A stretch of DNA of 64,000 nucleotides, from positions 630 through 64,629 of the forward strand of contig JAPLGL010000092.1 in assembly GCA_026390155.1 (NCBI GenBank), read 5' to 3'. Numbering within the stretch: the first letter of the stretch is position 1; each line of letters begins with the position of its first letter. Below, in pieces: positions 10,135 through 19,849 of this stretch. Below the pieces are notes generated by a model. That model searched no databases, had not been told where the DNA came from, and was given only the letters and a program-made list of their open reading frames with translations. The position numbers were made by a program, and so were the translations under genes. This DNA is from Caldisericota bacterium. Lineage in GTDB: Bacteria; Caldisericota; Caldisericia; Cryosericales; Cryosericaceae.

Positions 10135-11046
10135 GTGGCAACGTTCTTTGAACAGTTGATAAATGGCCTGACCATTGGTTCGTTCTACGCGCTGGTGGCT
10201 CTGGGCTATTCGATGGTGTTTGGTGTCATGAAACTGATCAACTTTGCCCACGGTGACCTCTTCGCTCTGGGTTCGTATCTGGGCTACACCCTGCTGATCG
10301 CCAGCTCGTCTTGGGTGACAGTCCACTTCGGACTCTGGGGGGGGATGGCCCTTGCGATGCTGTTTGCCTTCACCGGCATCGGCTTCGCGGGTGTCCTGAT
10401 GGAACGTGTCGCGTATCGTCCCGTTTATCCAGCAGGCCGCCTCTCACTCGTCGTTTCTGCACTCGGTATGTCTATCTTCCTCCAGAACGGGATCATGGCT
10501 ATCTGGGGCTCCCGTCCGCAGGCCTATCCCGCCGCCGTCGTCCCCTCTGCACGCTTCTCCCTCCTGGGACTGCCGGTGACCAGTCTACAAGTCGTCATCC
10601 TGGTGGTCTCATTTGCGCTCATGCTGAGCATCTGGTTCATTGTCGAGAAGACGACGTTCGGTGCGGCCATACGGGCCACGGCCCTCGACCGCAGCACTGC
10701 GACACTGATGGGTATAGACGTCCGTGTCGTCATCTTCTTCATCTTTGCGCTGGGTCCTGCCCTTGGCGGCATTGCCGGGGTCATGAACGGCATGTACTAC
10801 CGGGCAATTAGTTTCAACATGGGCTGGACCTAGGGCCTCAAGGCGTTCACGGCCACTAGCCTTGGCGGCATCGGCAACAGCCCGGGCGCCATGATTGGCG
10901 GGCTCCTGCTGGGACTCATGGAATCGCTGTTTGCCGGCTATGTGAGTGGCGCCTGGAAAGACGTCTTCGTGTTCTTCATTCTCATCGTTGTTCTCATCTG
11001 GCGGCCGACCGGGCTGCTGGGCGAGAAGACCGCAGAAAAGGTCTGA
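10135..11046 (+). CDS. livH: Branched-chain amino acid ABC permease LivH with in-frame TAG at 10831-10833
   Basis: NFAHG motif; the frame continues past TAG as GLKAF..GGIG..PGAMIGG..RPTGLLG to TGA 11046. Confidence 0.8.
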
Positions 11047-11056
11047 GGCCACTTCC

Positions 11057-12973
11057 ATGGGAGTTACGGAGAACATTCTCAAGCGCATAGGACTGGGCAA
11101 GCCCTCCGGGAACCAGCCTGTCACGTTCTGGTCCAGGAACCGCGGGTGGCTCCTGCTGGTCATAACCGGAGCCGTATTCGCCGCATATCCATTCCTGCCG
11201 TTTATCTCCGACTACTGGATCGACATCGCTTTCTTTGTGGGCGTCTATGCGCTGCTAGGCCTCAGCCTCAACATCGTCCTGGGCGAAGTCGGACTGTTTG
11301 ATCTTGGGCACACCGCGTTCTATGCAATCGGCGCGTACGTCACGGCCATCCTGAACACGACCCTGCACGTCCCCATTATCGTGCTGCTGCCGCTGAGCGC
11401 TATCGTAGCCGGTGGCTTCGCCTATCTGGTGACATCGCCTGTCATCCACCTGAAAGGTGATTACCTGTGCATTGTGACTATCGGCATCGGCGAGATCGTA
11501 CGTCTGACGATGATCAATAACCCCTTCAACCTGACCGGGGGACCCAACGGCATCAACGGCATCGGAGGGCCCAACCTCCTTGGACTGGCCATCAACTCAT
11601 CGACGCAGTTCTACTTCTACACGTGGATCATCATTGGGGTCATCGTCTTCGGTCTGATACGCCTGCAGCACTCTCGCATCGGCAGAGCCTGGAACTACAT
11701 CCGGGAGGATGCGGTTGCGGCTGAGGCAAGTGGTGTGGACGTACGTTCCTACAAGCTGCTGGCGTTTGTCCTGGGTGCTGCGCTTGCGGGCATTGCAGGT
11801 AATCTCTACGCGTCCAAGCAGATGTCGATTTCCCCTGGCAGCTTCACGTTCATCGAGTCTTCCCTTCTCTTCTGCATCGTCCTGCTCGGTGGCCTGGGCT
11901 CCATCCCCGGCAGTATCCTGGGAGCAGCTGTGGTCGTCGTGTTCCCTGAGGTCTTCCGTCAGTTTGCCAGCTACCGTCTTCTGTTCTTTGGACTGGCGCT
12001 CATGCTGATGATGATCTTCCGCCCCGGCGGCATGTGGCCGCGCAAGAGAGAGGGCACCGGACTGGACGGTCTGGGCATCCGGGGGCTCCCCAGGAATGAC
12101 CAGGACCTCATCCTTCTTGGCAAGCCGGATCCCTCAATCCTCAAGCCGGCCACCACTGCCGTCGTGAGAGGAGTGAGGCTCCCGCCGGTAACGGTCCCAA
12201 TGGACGAGGGAATGCTGCTGCAGACGCGCGGGGCCACACTGAAGTTCGGCGGACTGACCGCGGTGAACAACTTCGACCTGAGCGTGCGGACCGGCAAGAT
12301 CACGTCGCTCATTGGGCCCAACGGAGCTGGCAAGACGACCCTGTTCAACATGATCACGGGCATCTATAAACCGACATCGGGACAGATCCACTTCCTTGGA
12401 CGTGACATCACGAGTCTGAAGCCCCACACCATTATCAGCTACGGCATTGCCCGCACCTTCCAGAACATTCGGCTTTTCCCGTCGCTGACGTGTATCGAGA
12501 ACATCATGTCAGGCCCTCACTGTCATGCGCGGTCTGGAACGTGGGCCGCTGTCATGCATACGGTCGCCGAAGTCCGTGAGGAACGGGACATCGTCGCGAC
12601 GGCTGCCTACCGCCTCGACCAGGTGGGCCTGTGGGACTACCGCAACGAATTGGCCAAGAACCTGCCGTACGGCAAGCAGCGATATCTGGAGATCGCCCGC
12701 GCACTCGCGACTGCTCCCCATCTGCTGATTTTGGACGAGCCCTCCTCTGGACTCAACGACAAGGAAAGTGAAGACTTGATGGTCCTGCTGCAATCACTTG
12801 TCAAGGAGGGATTCACTCTGCTGCTTATCGAACACGACATGCAAGTCGTCATGGGCATTTCGGACTGGGTTGCCGTCATGGACATGGGACAGAAGATAGC
12901 TGAAGGCCTGCCAAGAGACGTTTACAACAACCAGCGCGTCATCGAAGCCTATCTGGGCAAGGAGGATGACTGA
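11057..12973 (+). CDS. livMG: Fused LivM permease / LivG ATPase
   Basis: Permease motifs (DLGHTAFY, GDYLCIVT, TGGPNG), then Walker A GPNGAGKT, LPYG, LDEP and EHD. Confidence 0.88.
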   Translation: MGVTENILKRIGLGKPSGNQPVTFWSRNRGWLLLVITGAVFAAYPFLPFISDYWIDIAFFVGVYALLGLSLNIVLGEVGLFDLGHTAFYAIGAYVTAILNTTLHVPIIVLLPLSAIVAGGFAYLVTSPVIHLKGDYLCIVTIGIGEIVRLTMINNPFNLTGGPNGINGIGGPNLLGLAINSSTQFYFYTWIIIGVIVFGLIRLQHSRIGRAWNYIREDAVAAEASGVDVRSYKLLAFVLGAALAGIAGNLYASKQMSISPGSFTFIESSLLFCIVLLGGLGSIPGSILGAAVVVVFPEVFRQFASYRLLFFGLALMLMMIFRPGGMWPRKREGTGLDGLGIRGLPRNDQDLILLGKPDPSILKPATTAVVRGVRLPPVTVPMDEGMLLQTRGATLKFGGLTAVNNFDLSVRTGKITSLIGPNGAGKTTLFNMITGIYKPTSGQIHFLGRDITSLKPHTIISYGIARTFQNIRLFPSLTCIENIMSGPHCHARSGTWAAVMHTVAEVREERDIVATAAYRLDQVGLWDYRNELAKNLPYGKQRYLEIARALATAPHLLILDEPSSGLNDKESEDLMVLLQSLVKEGFTLLLIEHDMQVVMGISDWVAVMDMGQKIAEGLPRDVYNNQRVIEAYLGKEDD

Positions 12974-13715
12974 CATGGCGACAGTCCTGGCCATCAAGAA
13001 TCTGGTCGTCAATTATGGAGCCGTGGAGGCCCTCAAGGGAGTCGACGTAGAGCTCGGCGAGCACGACATCGTCGCCGTGCTCGGAGCAAACGGGGCAGGC
13101 AAGACGACGCTGCTCAAGTCCATCTCCCGCATCCAGGCCATCAAGGGGGGTACCATTGAATACAAGGGAAAAGACCTTGTCACGGCTCCCGCCTTTCGCC
13201 TCGCAGGACTGGGCATCTCCCACGTACCCGAGGGCAGGCATGTGTTTGCCACCCTGACCACAGAGGAAAACCTGAATCTGGGCGCATACGGCGTGCGCAG
13301 TATGCCGGCCGGCAAGGTGATGGAGAAGACCAAGGAATGGATCTTCAGCCTCTTCCCCATCCTCAAGGAACGGCGCAAACAGCTTGCAGGGACGCTCTCG
13401 GGTGGTGAACAGCAGATGCTCGCCATCGGGCGCGGCCTCATCTCCAAACCCCACGTGCTGCTGCTCGACGAACCATCACTGGGACTCGCCCCCATTATCG
13501 TCCAGGAGATCTTCCGGGTCGTCCGGCAGATCCACGAGGAAGAGGGCGTCTCCATCCTGCTGGTGGAACAGAACGCCCGCAAAGCTCTGGCTGTCGCACG
13601 TTACGGCTACATCCTCGAGCTCGGTAGGATCGCTATCGAAGGCGACGCCTGTGACCTCAAAAACGACGAGCGCGTCCGTGCAGCTTACCTGGGAGGATCC
13701 AAAGTAAGTTGCTGA
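12966..13715 (+). CDS. livF: ABC ATPase LivF
   Basis: GANGAGKT, LSGGEQQM, LLDEPSLGL and VEQN. Confidence 0.9.
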   Translation: MTDMATVLAIKNLVVNYGAVEALKGVDVELGEHDIVAVLGANGAGKTTLLKSISRIQAIKGGTIEYKGKDLVTAPAFRLAGLGISHVPEGRHVFATLTTEENLNLGAYGVRSMPAGKVMEKTKEWIFSLFPILKERRKQLAGTLSGGEQQMLAIGRGLISKPHVLLLDEPSLGLAPIIVQEIFRVVRQIHEEEGVSILLVEQNARKALAVARYGYILELGRIAIEGDACDLKNDERVRAAYLGGSKVSC

Positions 13716-13877
13716 AATGAGTCAAGGCTCGGCATCCGGGGCACCCGACGCAAACCGGGCCCTGTTGCCGGCACAACAGAACAAGTGATTCGGACAGCTG
13801 ACAGAGGCTACCGTCTTGAACGACGCGTCGATTGAAATACGATGTGGCTGGATTCACTAAGATCTAGGAGGTAGAAA

Positions 13878-16052
13878 GTGAAGACTATCGAGGAAATGCG
13901 TCAGGCGCACAGAATTCTTGCGTCATATACGTACAAGCCTGCCGGAATTGAACGAGGATACACGGACCGCAGATTGTACATCAACCTGACGACCAGTGTC
14001 ATCGAGGAACGTACCATCGACCCGATGGTCAAGGAGAAGTTCACGGGAGGACGAGGTTATGGGCTGTACTACCTGTGGCAGGCAGTCAAGCCGACGACGC
14101 ACTGGAATGACCCCGAAAATGAACTGATCTTCTGTGCCGGACCGCTCACTGGCATCACGCAGTACCCCGGTGCTGGCAAGATGCACTCGGTCACCATCTC
14201 TCCGGAGACAGGAGTCCCGGTCGACAACAACGGCGGTGGGTATCTGGCCCCGTACATGAAGTTTTCTGGCTTCGACACTGTTGAAGTACAGGGAAAGGCC
14301 GATGAGGACGTCATCATCTTCATCGATGGCAACAAGGGCCTCGTCACTATCGAGACCTCCCCGGAGGAACCCAGCAATAGTATCGACTTGCCAGAGGTCC
14401 TGCACGCAATGTACGCTGACGGCATTGGCGATCGCAAAAACGTCAGTGTCGCAGTCTCAGGTACCGGTGCAGAGCACTCACTCCTCGGCCTCATTCATGT
14501 GAGCTACTGGGACGCCAAGCGAAACCATACGCGACTCAAACAGCTTGCGCGAGGAGGACCGGGGACCGTCTTCAGAGACAAGAAGATCAAGGCGGTGGTT
14601 GTTCATTTCGCCGGTACTACTCCTCTCATCAATAATCCAGCCGACCTGGAGCCCATCAAGACCGCCGGTACCAGAATGAACAGGGAGATCCTGACGCTCG
14701 ACCACACGCACAGCAGAATGCGCGAAATTGGCACGGCCAACACGGTTGAAATCCTTGACAATGTTGATGTCCTTCCAGTCAAGAACTTCAAGTTCGGTTC
14801 GGACGCCAGGACGGTCGACATCAAGAGCGACGTGTGGTTCCGCCTGATCAGCCAGGACATGCCCGATGGCTGCTGGTTGGGCTGCACGATGTCGTGCGCC
14901 CATGGCATCGACACAGTTCAACTGAAGACGGGGCCTCTCAAGGGTCAGAAGGTGCTCATCGACGGACCCGAATACGAGACCGTGGGTGGGCTCGGTTCCA
15001 ACACGGGCAGTTTCGACCCGCTGTTTGTCGCCGAGGCCAGCTTCTACTGTGACTATTACGGTATCGACCTGGTAGGCTTCGCTACGACGCTCGCTTTTCT
15101 CATGGAATGTTATGAGAATGGCATCATCAACAAGGAAATCACGGGTGGGCTTGACTTGCACTTTGGCAGCGATATGGACGCTCTCGAACTGATTCATCAG
15201 CTTGGTGAAGGTCGTGGTTTCGGCGTGGTAGCCGGACTCGGCGTCCATAGACTGAAGAAGCTCCTGGCCGAGCAGTACCATGCTGATGCCGACTTCCTGA
15301 ATGACATCGGCATGGAAATCAAGGGAATGGAAGTCTCAGAATACATGTCCAAGGACTCGCTGGCTCAGCAGGGTGGGTATGCCATGGCCACCAAGGGCCC
15401 CCAGCACGACGAGGCGTGGCTCATCTTCATGGATCAGGTTAAGGGTCAACTGCCGACGTTCGACGACAAGGCCGAGGCTCTCTCTTTCTTCCCCCTGTTC
15501 CGGACCTGGTTCTCGCTAATGGGACTGTGCAAGTTGCCGTGGAACGATTCAGAGCCACGTGACAACCGTGACAAATACACGGGCATGCAGGCTGCCAAGA
15601 TCCCTGAACACATCGAGAACTACCTCTTGCTGTACAAGGGCATGACGGGCATCTCACTCGACCTTGGCGGACTGCTTGCCCAGAGCAAGCGCGTGTATGA
15701 CTTCCAGCGGGTCTTCAATCTGCGCATGGGCCAGGGGACCCGCAACAACGACTGGATGCCGTACCGTGGCATGGGTCCGGTTACCGAAGAGGAGTACCTG
15801 TCCAGGGCGGGGCGCTACGAGAAGCAGCTGACCGAAGCCGCACATGTGGACATCGCAGGCATGAGCCTTCAGCAGAAGATGGCAGCCCTGCGCGAGTACC
15901 GGGAGTCGCAGTACCGTCACCTTCAGGACGCAGTCTATGCGCGTCGCGGCTGGGATGCCGACGGGGTGCCGACGCTGGACACACTCAGGAATGACGGTAT
16001 CGATTTCCCCGAGTTGACTGAACTCGTGGAACAGCACACAAACAAAGCATAG
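13878..16052 (+). CDS. aor: Tungsten/molybdopterin aldehyde:ferredoxin oxidoreductase family (long variant)
   Basis: GGRGYG, GCWLGCTMSC, GPEYET and YARRGWDADGVPT; AGGAGG RBS. Confidence 0.88.
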   Translation: MKTIEEMRQAHRILASYTYKPAGIERGYTDRRLYINLTTSVIEERTIDPMVKEKFTGGRGYGLYYLWQAVKPTTHWNDPENELIFCAGPLTGITQYPGAGKMHSVTISPETGVPVDNNGGGYLAPYMKFSGFDTVEVQGKADEDVIIFIDGNKGLVTIETSPEEPSNSIDLPEVLHAMYADGIGDRKNVSVAVSGTGAEHSLLGLIHVSYWDAKRNHTRLKQLARGGPGTVFRDKKIKAVVVHFAGTTPLINNPADLEPIKTAGTRMNREILTLDHTHSRMREIGTANTVEILDNVDVLPVKNFKFGSDARTVDIKSDVWFRLISQDMPDGCWLGCTMSCAHGIDTVQLKTGPLKGQKVLIDGPEYETVGGLGSNTGSFDPLFVAEASFYCDYYGIDLVGFATTLAFLMECYENGIINKEITGGLDLHFGSDMDALELIHQLGEGRGFGVVAGLGVHRLKKLLAEQYHADADFLNDIGMEIKGMEVSEYMSKDSLAQQGGYAMATKGPQHDEAWLIFMDQVKGQLPTFDDKAEALSFFPLFRTWFSLMGLCKLPWNDSEPRDNRDKYTGMQAAKIPEHIENYLLLYKGMTGISLDLGGLLAQSKRVYDFQRVFNLRMGQGTRNNDWMPYRGMGPVTEEEYLSRAGRYEKQLTEAAHVDIAGMSLQQKMAALREYRESQYRHLQDAVYARRGWDADGVPTLDTLRNDGIDFPELTELVEQHTNKA

Positions 16053-16080
16053 TCTTCAGCCAGATCAGTAGAATCAGAGA

Positions 16081-16108
16081 GCCCGGCCGGAAGAGGCCGG
16101 GCTTCTTT
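16081..16108 (+). terminator. Rho-independent terminator of aor
   Basis: gcccggcc-ggaaga-ggccgggc followed by ttcttt. Confidence 0.75.
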
Positions 16109-16124
16109 GCTGTTTTGGGGAGAG

Positions 16125-16265
16125 CTACATCGTCGGTATTGGCAGAACCCAATTGAAGAAATACCTCCGGATGAGAATGCCAACCCCCACCGCAGCAATG
16201 AGTGCTGCAGGCAGCCTTGGCTTGAGAACACCGCGCAGGACAATCGTCTCTGGCATCGAGACCGC
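16125..16265 (-). pseudogene. 3' remnant of an ArsP permease
   Basis: Translates SMPETIVLRGVLKPRL..VGVGILI..YFFNWVL, matching the C-terminus of 26196..27146. Confidence 0.75.
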
Positions 16266-16297
16266 ATCGACTCATATGAGATACACGTGAATTCGCC
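16263..16297 (+). repeat. 35-bp direct repeat, left copy (partner 18675-18709)
   Basis: cgcatcgactcatatgagatacacgtgaattcgcc vs cgcatcgactcatacgagacaaacgtgaactggcc, 30/35 identical. Confidence 0.75.
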
Positions 16298-16744
16298 CGT
16301 AAACTAACGAGAAGATGGAGATGAAGCGTGACAGAATGCTGCTGGTCCTTGGAATGAGAAAAGAGCAGGGGGAATGGGGCTCACAATGATCAAGGACCGG
16401 GAGCGTCCACTGCCCGGACGCGTCCAAGACAACAAACGAGGAGGGACGAGTATGGACATCGTCGGAATCATCATCATGCTTCTGTTCTACGCGCTCGCTG
16501 CGTGGTAAAACCAACACGTGGAACTAGGTTTGAGTTCACGGAAGACGAACGTGCCAACTACATGTTCCCCCTTCCGTAGAACCAGCCCTCTCTGTGAAAA
16601 CTGGGTAGGCTTGTGCCCATCTTCCCGGTCTTTCTCGCAGTGAGGATTTCTCGGAATCCATTCCTTCGTTGGGGCATGATTCTGGTTGTCTAATGTATCC
16701 GCTTCAACTTGACTTACATCACCTTTCCGCCTCAGAATGCAAAG

Positions 16745-17305
16745 CTAGTTTCTTACCTCATTGGGTGGCTGTTGCCCTGCATCGGTATTTTCCAGCCATG
16801 CCTTATCGGGTTTTGACCGAAGTAGAAATTCCATCAGCATACCCATTAGAGCAAGTGCGGCGAGCGTCAAAACAAATCGCAGAGAAGTAAAAGCGATGCC
16901 CAAAAACTCTGCCTCCACCATAAGCTGCGGAATCTTGAGGGCTGCCCACGAGCCTAGAAAAATAACCATGTTGCTAATGCGTGCACCTTTCCTCAGCAGA
17001 GAACCTGCCATGGGGAATGCAACATACAGGGGTCCTGTCGGAAGCGTTCCAAGGGCAAACGCAATCGCAGCTCCCTTAATCCCAGAACCGCTTCCTAACC
17101 ACTTCTGGATCTTATCCTTCGGAATCCAGATCTCCATAAGACCCATCAGGATGAAGACAGGCGGCACAATAAGAAGCATCTCTTTAAGGTAGTTCATCGT
17201 GACAATGGATGAACGCCTGGCGGTATCTGGCAGCCATATGGCTAGAGCAATAAGAACCATGGCGATGATGATGGGAAATTTGAACCTTCTAATCATATCG
17301 ATCAT
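16745..17305 (-). CDS. Half-size ArsP_1/DUF318-like permease
   Basis: LGSGSG, GPLYVAFP and E..FLG..FT.LR motifs. Confidence 0.8.
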   Translation of the reverse strand: MIDMIRRFKFPIIIAMVLIALAIWLPDTARRSSIVTMNYLKEMLLIVPPVFILMGLMEIWIPKDKIQKWLGSGSGIKGAAIAFALGTLPTGPLYVAFPMAGSLLRKGARISNMVIFLGSWAALKIPQLMVEAEFLGIAFTSLRFVLTLAALALMGMLMEFLLRSKPDKAWLENTDAGQQPPNEVRN

Positions 17306-17781
17306 AGCAGCACCGCCATGATCCCGGCGATTGCCAGGGCTGCGACAAAGCTCAGCCCATTACGCAGCAGCGTGAATTTTCTCCCTAGTGCTTTCACTTC
17401 CATGGGAGCTGTCACAACACCAACCATGACCAGGGTTGTAATAAAGGCAGAAATGGTCATCACGGTCGCCCCAGAACGCAGTAGAGAGCCAGCCAGCGGA
17501 AAGGCAACCAAGGACGGTATCAAGGTAACGGCTCCGACTGCTGCCGCGATGATTGTTGCTGTGAATCCTGCCTCTGAACCTATGAGCCTTGATATGGTCT
17601 CAGGTGTCAAAATTCCTAATGTCAATCCAACAATTCCCAAGACCGTCAAAAGACTTGGAGCAGTCTTTAAGAGTGCCTTTCCAGCAATGAGAACGGCTTG
17701 CTTGGTCTTTTTCCTGCTTCGTACAAGAGATGCTCCTAGACATAATGCCAGCAGGCCATATATCGTAATGATTGTCGTCAT
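17302..17781 (-). CDS. Half-size ArsP_1/DUF318-like permease
   Basis: TLIPSLVAFPLAGSLL and PME..ALGRKFTLLRN motifs. Confidence 0.8.
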   Translation of the reverse strand: MTTIITIYGLLALCLGASLVRSRKKTKQAVLIAGKALLKTAPSLLTVLGIVGLTLGILTPETISRLIGSEAGFTATIIAAAVGAVTLIPSLVAFPLAGSLLRSGATVMTISAFITTLVMVGVVTAPMEVKALGRKFTLLRNGLSFVAALAIAGIMAVLL

Positions 17782-17795
17782 GTGACACCATCTTC

Positions 17796-18104
17796 CTATT
17801 CTCTCGTCTTGATTTGAACACCCATAAGTCTTGCTCCGTCACTAGTCTCCATAGAAAATAGTGCTGGCTCACTGATAAGCACCTGGTTCTCCTTGAGCGT
17901 TACAGATTCATCATTTTTTCTTAACAGAACTTTACCCTTTACTACATAAAACATGACAAAGCAATCCATCTGGCAATCCGGTACTTTTTGTCCAGGCTTC
18001 AAATCAATTACTCTTGTCTTAAATAGATCGTTTTGGAAAAAGACATTCTTCTGTCTGCGCTCGTATGCTTCTGACTCCAGATTCACTAAATCAAATATCT
18101 CCAT
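17796..18104 (-). CDS. Cupin-fold protein
   Basis: LKPGQKVP..MFYVVKG pattern; GGGAGG RBS. Confidence 0.65.
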   Translation of the reverse strand: MEIFDLVNLESEAYERRQKNVFFQNDLFKTRVIDLKPGQKVPDCQMDCFVMFYVVKGKVLLRKNDESVTLKENQVLISEPALFSMETSDGARLMGVQIKTRE

Positions 18105-18149
18105 TGTCTTCCTCCCGTTTCAAAGAATTCGTCATAGTTGATACCACAT

Positions 18150-18518
18150 CTAGTGCTTCAACGACTCATACCTATTAATCAACTTCTCGATATGTGCTTT
18201 TCTCCCTCTTAGCGCTTCAACCCAATTCACCAGTTCCTTTTGCCCACTTTCCGTAATGTTGTAGACTCTCCTCCTAGGTCCTTGACCGGCCTCTTCCCAG
18301 ACCGAAACCACTGAGCCTTCTTCTTCCATCTTTCTGAGTGTCCTGTAGAGTGTGCTGACATTTAGTTGCTCTTCTGAAAAGCCGAAATAGGAAAGCCGCT
18401 CTATCAGCCCATAACCATGCCCTGTTTCTTCGTGCAGCAATAGGAGCAAACACACTTCCATGAACCTTTCCATTTTGTGATGCTTGCCGTTGCAGAATGG
18501 ATTCATCTCGTCTCTCAT
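18150..18518 (-). CDS. PadR family transcriptional regulator
   Basis: HGYGL, TLYRTLRKMEEEG and GPRRRVYNITESG; AAAGGAG RBS. Confidence 0.88.
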   Translation of the reverse strand: MRDEMNPFCNGKHHKMERFMEVCLLLLLHEETGHGYGLIERLSYFGFSEEQLNVSTLYRTLRKMEEEGSVVSVWEEAGQGPRRRVYNITESGQKELVNWVEALRGRKAHIEKLINRYESLKH

Positions 18519-18674
18519 ACCTTGATCTCCTTTCATATCTATATCCATAGCAACTATACGCATGAAGACTATAGTCATGATGGATCTAGTACATGGCCAT
18601 TAGTGAAGGAATCCAGCCATGTCTTCACAGTGAATCATTCATTATCCATATTTGCTTCAATCAACGAGAGGGCG

Positions 18675-18709
18675 CGCATCGACTCATACGAGACAAACGT
18701 GAACTGGCC
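18675..18709 (+). repeat. 35-bp direct repeat, right copy
   Basis: See 16263-16297; marks the end of the AT-rich PadR/permease cassette. Confidence 0.75.
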
Positions 18710-18905
18710 GGGTCAGATTGCCAAAGGGAAACAGCCTCTGGTGATCAAGAAACGTAGCAACTACGCGTACATCTCTGGCAAACCCACGACCTGACGACTC
18801 ACGTGCTTTCCTACGTGACTTGATATGAGGGTTGTGTGGTGATCCTGACTGTGAGGGATTCAGGCTTGGTCTTTGTGAACGATTACGCATTGCGTAGTGG
18901 TTGAA

Positions 18906-18923
18906 GTTGTCAAGTTTGGCAAC
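18906..18923. promoter_or_regulatory. Palindromic operator, GTTGCC-N6-GGCAAC class, upstream of osmC
   Basis: gttgtc-aagttt-ggcaac. Confidence 0.6.
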
Positions 18924-18979
18924 TATGCTTCAATCGAGACAGGAAGCTCTTCTGCCTCAAACTACGTGGAGGTGTCAAC

Positions 18980-19432
18980 ATGGCAATGGCAACGTTCAAA
19001 GCAATTTCGCGCAAATTGCCCGGAGGCCTCGCCGTCGAAAGCGAGTCCCACGGTTTCAAGGTGATCATGGATGAACCGCCGTCGATGGGCGGCACCGACA
19101 CGGGTATGAGCCCGGTTGAAGCTTTGCTGGTATCGCTGGGTTCCTGTCAGGTTGTCACCGCTGCGGCGTTTGCGAAGTCTCAGGGCATTGACCTCAAAGA
19201 GTTTTGGGTAGAGGTTGAAGGTGATCTTGATCCAGCTGGGTTCATGAAAGGCGATCCAAACGTGCGTCCGGGGTATCAGGAGATCCGTTTCAAGATGCAC
19301 GTCAAGACAGATGCGGCGCAGGGAAAGGTCGAAGCATTCCAGAAGTTCATCGAAAGCCGCTGCCCGGTTGGCGATTCACTGGGCAAGGGGGTCTGCCTGA
19401 AGGCTGCGACCATCGTGATTGAAAAGCAGTAA
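18980..19432 (+). CDS. OsmC family protein
   Basis: MDEP..GGTDTG.SPVE..LGSC and RCPV motifs. Confidence 0.9.
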   Translation: MAMATFKAISRKLPGGLAVESESHGFKVIMDEPPSMGGTDTGMSPVEALLVSLGSCQVVTAAAFAKSQGIDLKEFWVEVEGDLDPAGFMKGDPNVRPGYQEIRFKMHVKTDAAQGKVEAFQKFIESRCPVGDSLGKGVCLKAATIVIEKQ

Positions 19433-19628
19433 CCTGACATTGAGCGTCATTGCGAATCGGTCCCTTCCATGCTTCACGTAGATGCTGGATGAGTCGATGC
19501 GCTTGATGTAGTAGTGGCGAGCACGCGGGCATCGCGGATAAGTCTCTCAACGGCAACGTATCGGTACCACAAGGGAGTGCAGGCAGAATTGCAGATCTGT
19601 TGCAAAAGTTCCAGAATATGAAAGAGAG

Positions 19629-19847
19629 GTGAGTGAAGTGGCAGCAAATTGGTATCCTATCGTGGACAAGGACAAGTGCGTCAAGTGCTACCAGTGTGTG
19701 AACTTCTGTTCGCATGGCGTCTATGCGATTGGTGAGGACGCCTATCCCGACGTCGTAAATCCAGGCAACTGCGTCGAATTCTGCAGAGGATGTTCCAAGA
19801 TTTGTGACAATGAGGCAATCAGCTATTTTGGGGACAGGAGGAAATAG
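19629..19847 (+). CDS. 4Fe-4S dicluster ferredoxin
   Basis: CVKCYQCVNFC and CVEFCRGCSKIC. Confidence 0.88.
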   Translation: MSEVAANWYPIVDKDKCVKCYQCVNFCSHGVYAIGEDAYPDVVNPGNCVEFCRGCSKICDNEAISYFGDRRK

Positions 19848-19849
19848 TC

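Noticed and set aside
10831-10833. Pyrrolysine or alternative genetic code at the livH TAG
   Set aside because: TAG ends many other genes here (e.g. 1401, 10105, 16052), no pyl genes are visible, and neighbouring T>G-type anomalies suggest sequencing error.
16300-16740. Small ORFs inside the direct-repeat-bounded segment
   Set aside because: Fragmentary with early stops; no family recognised.
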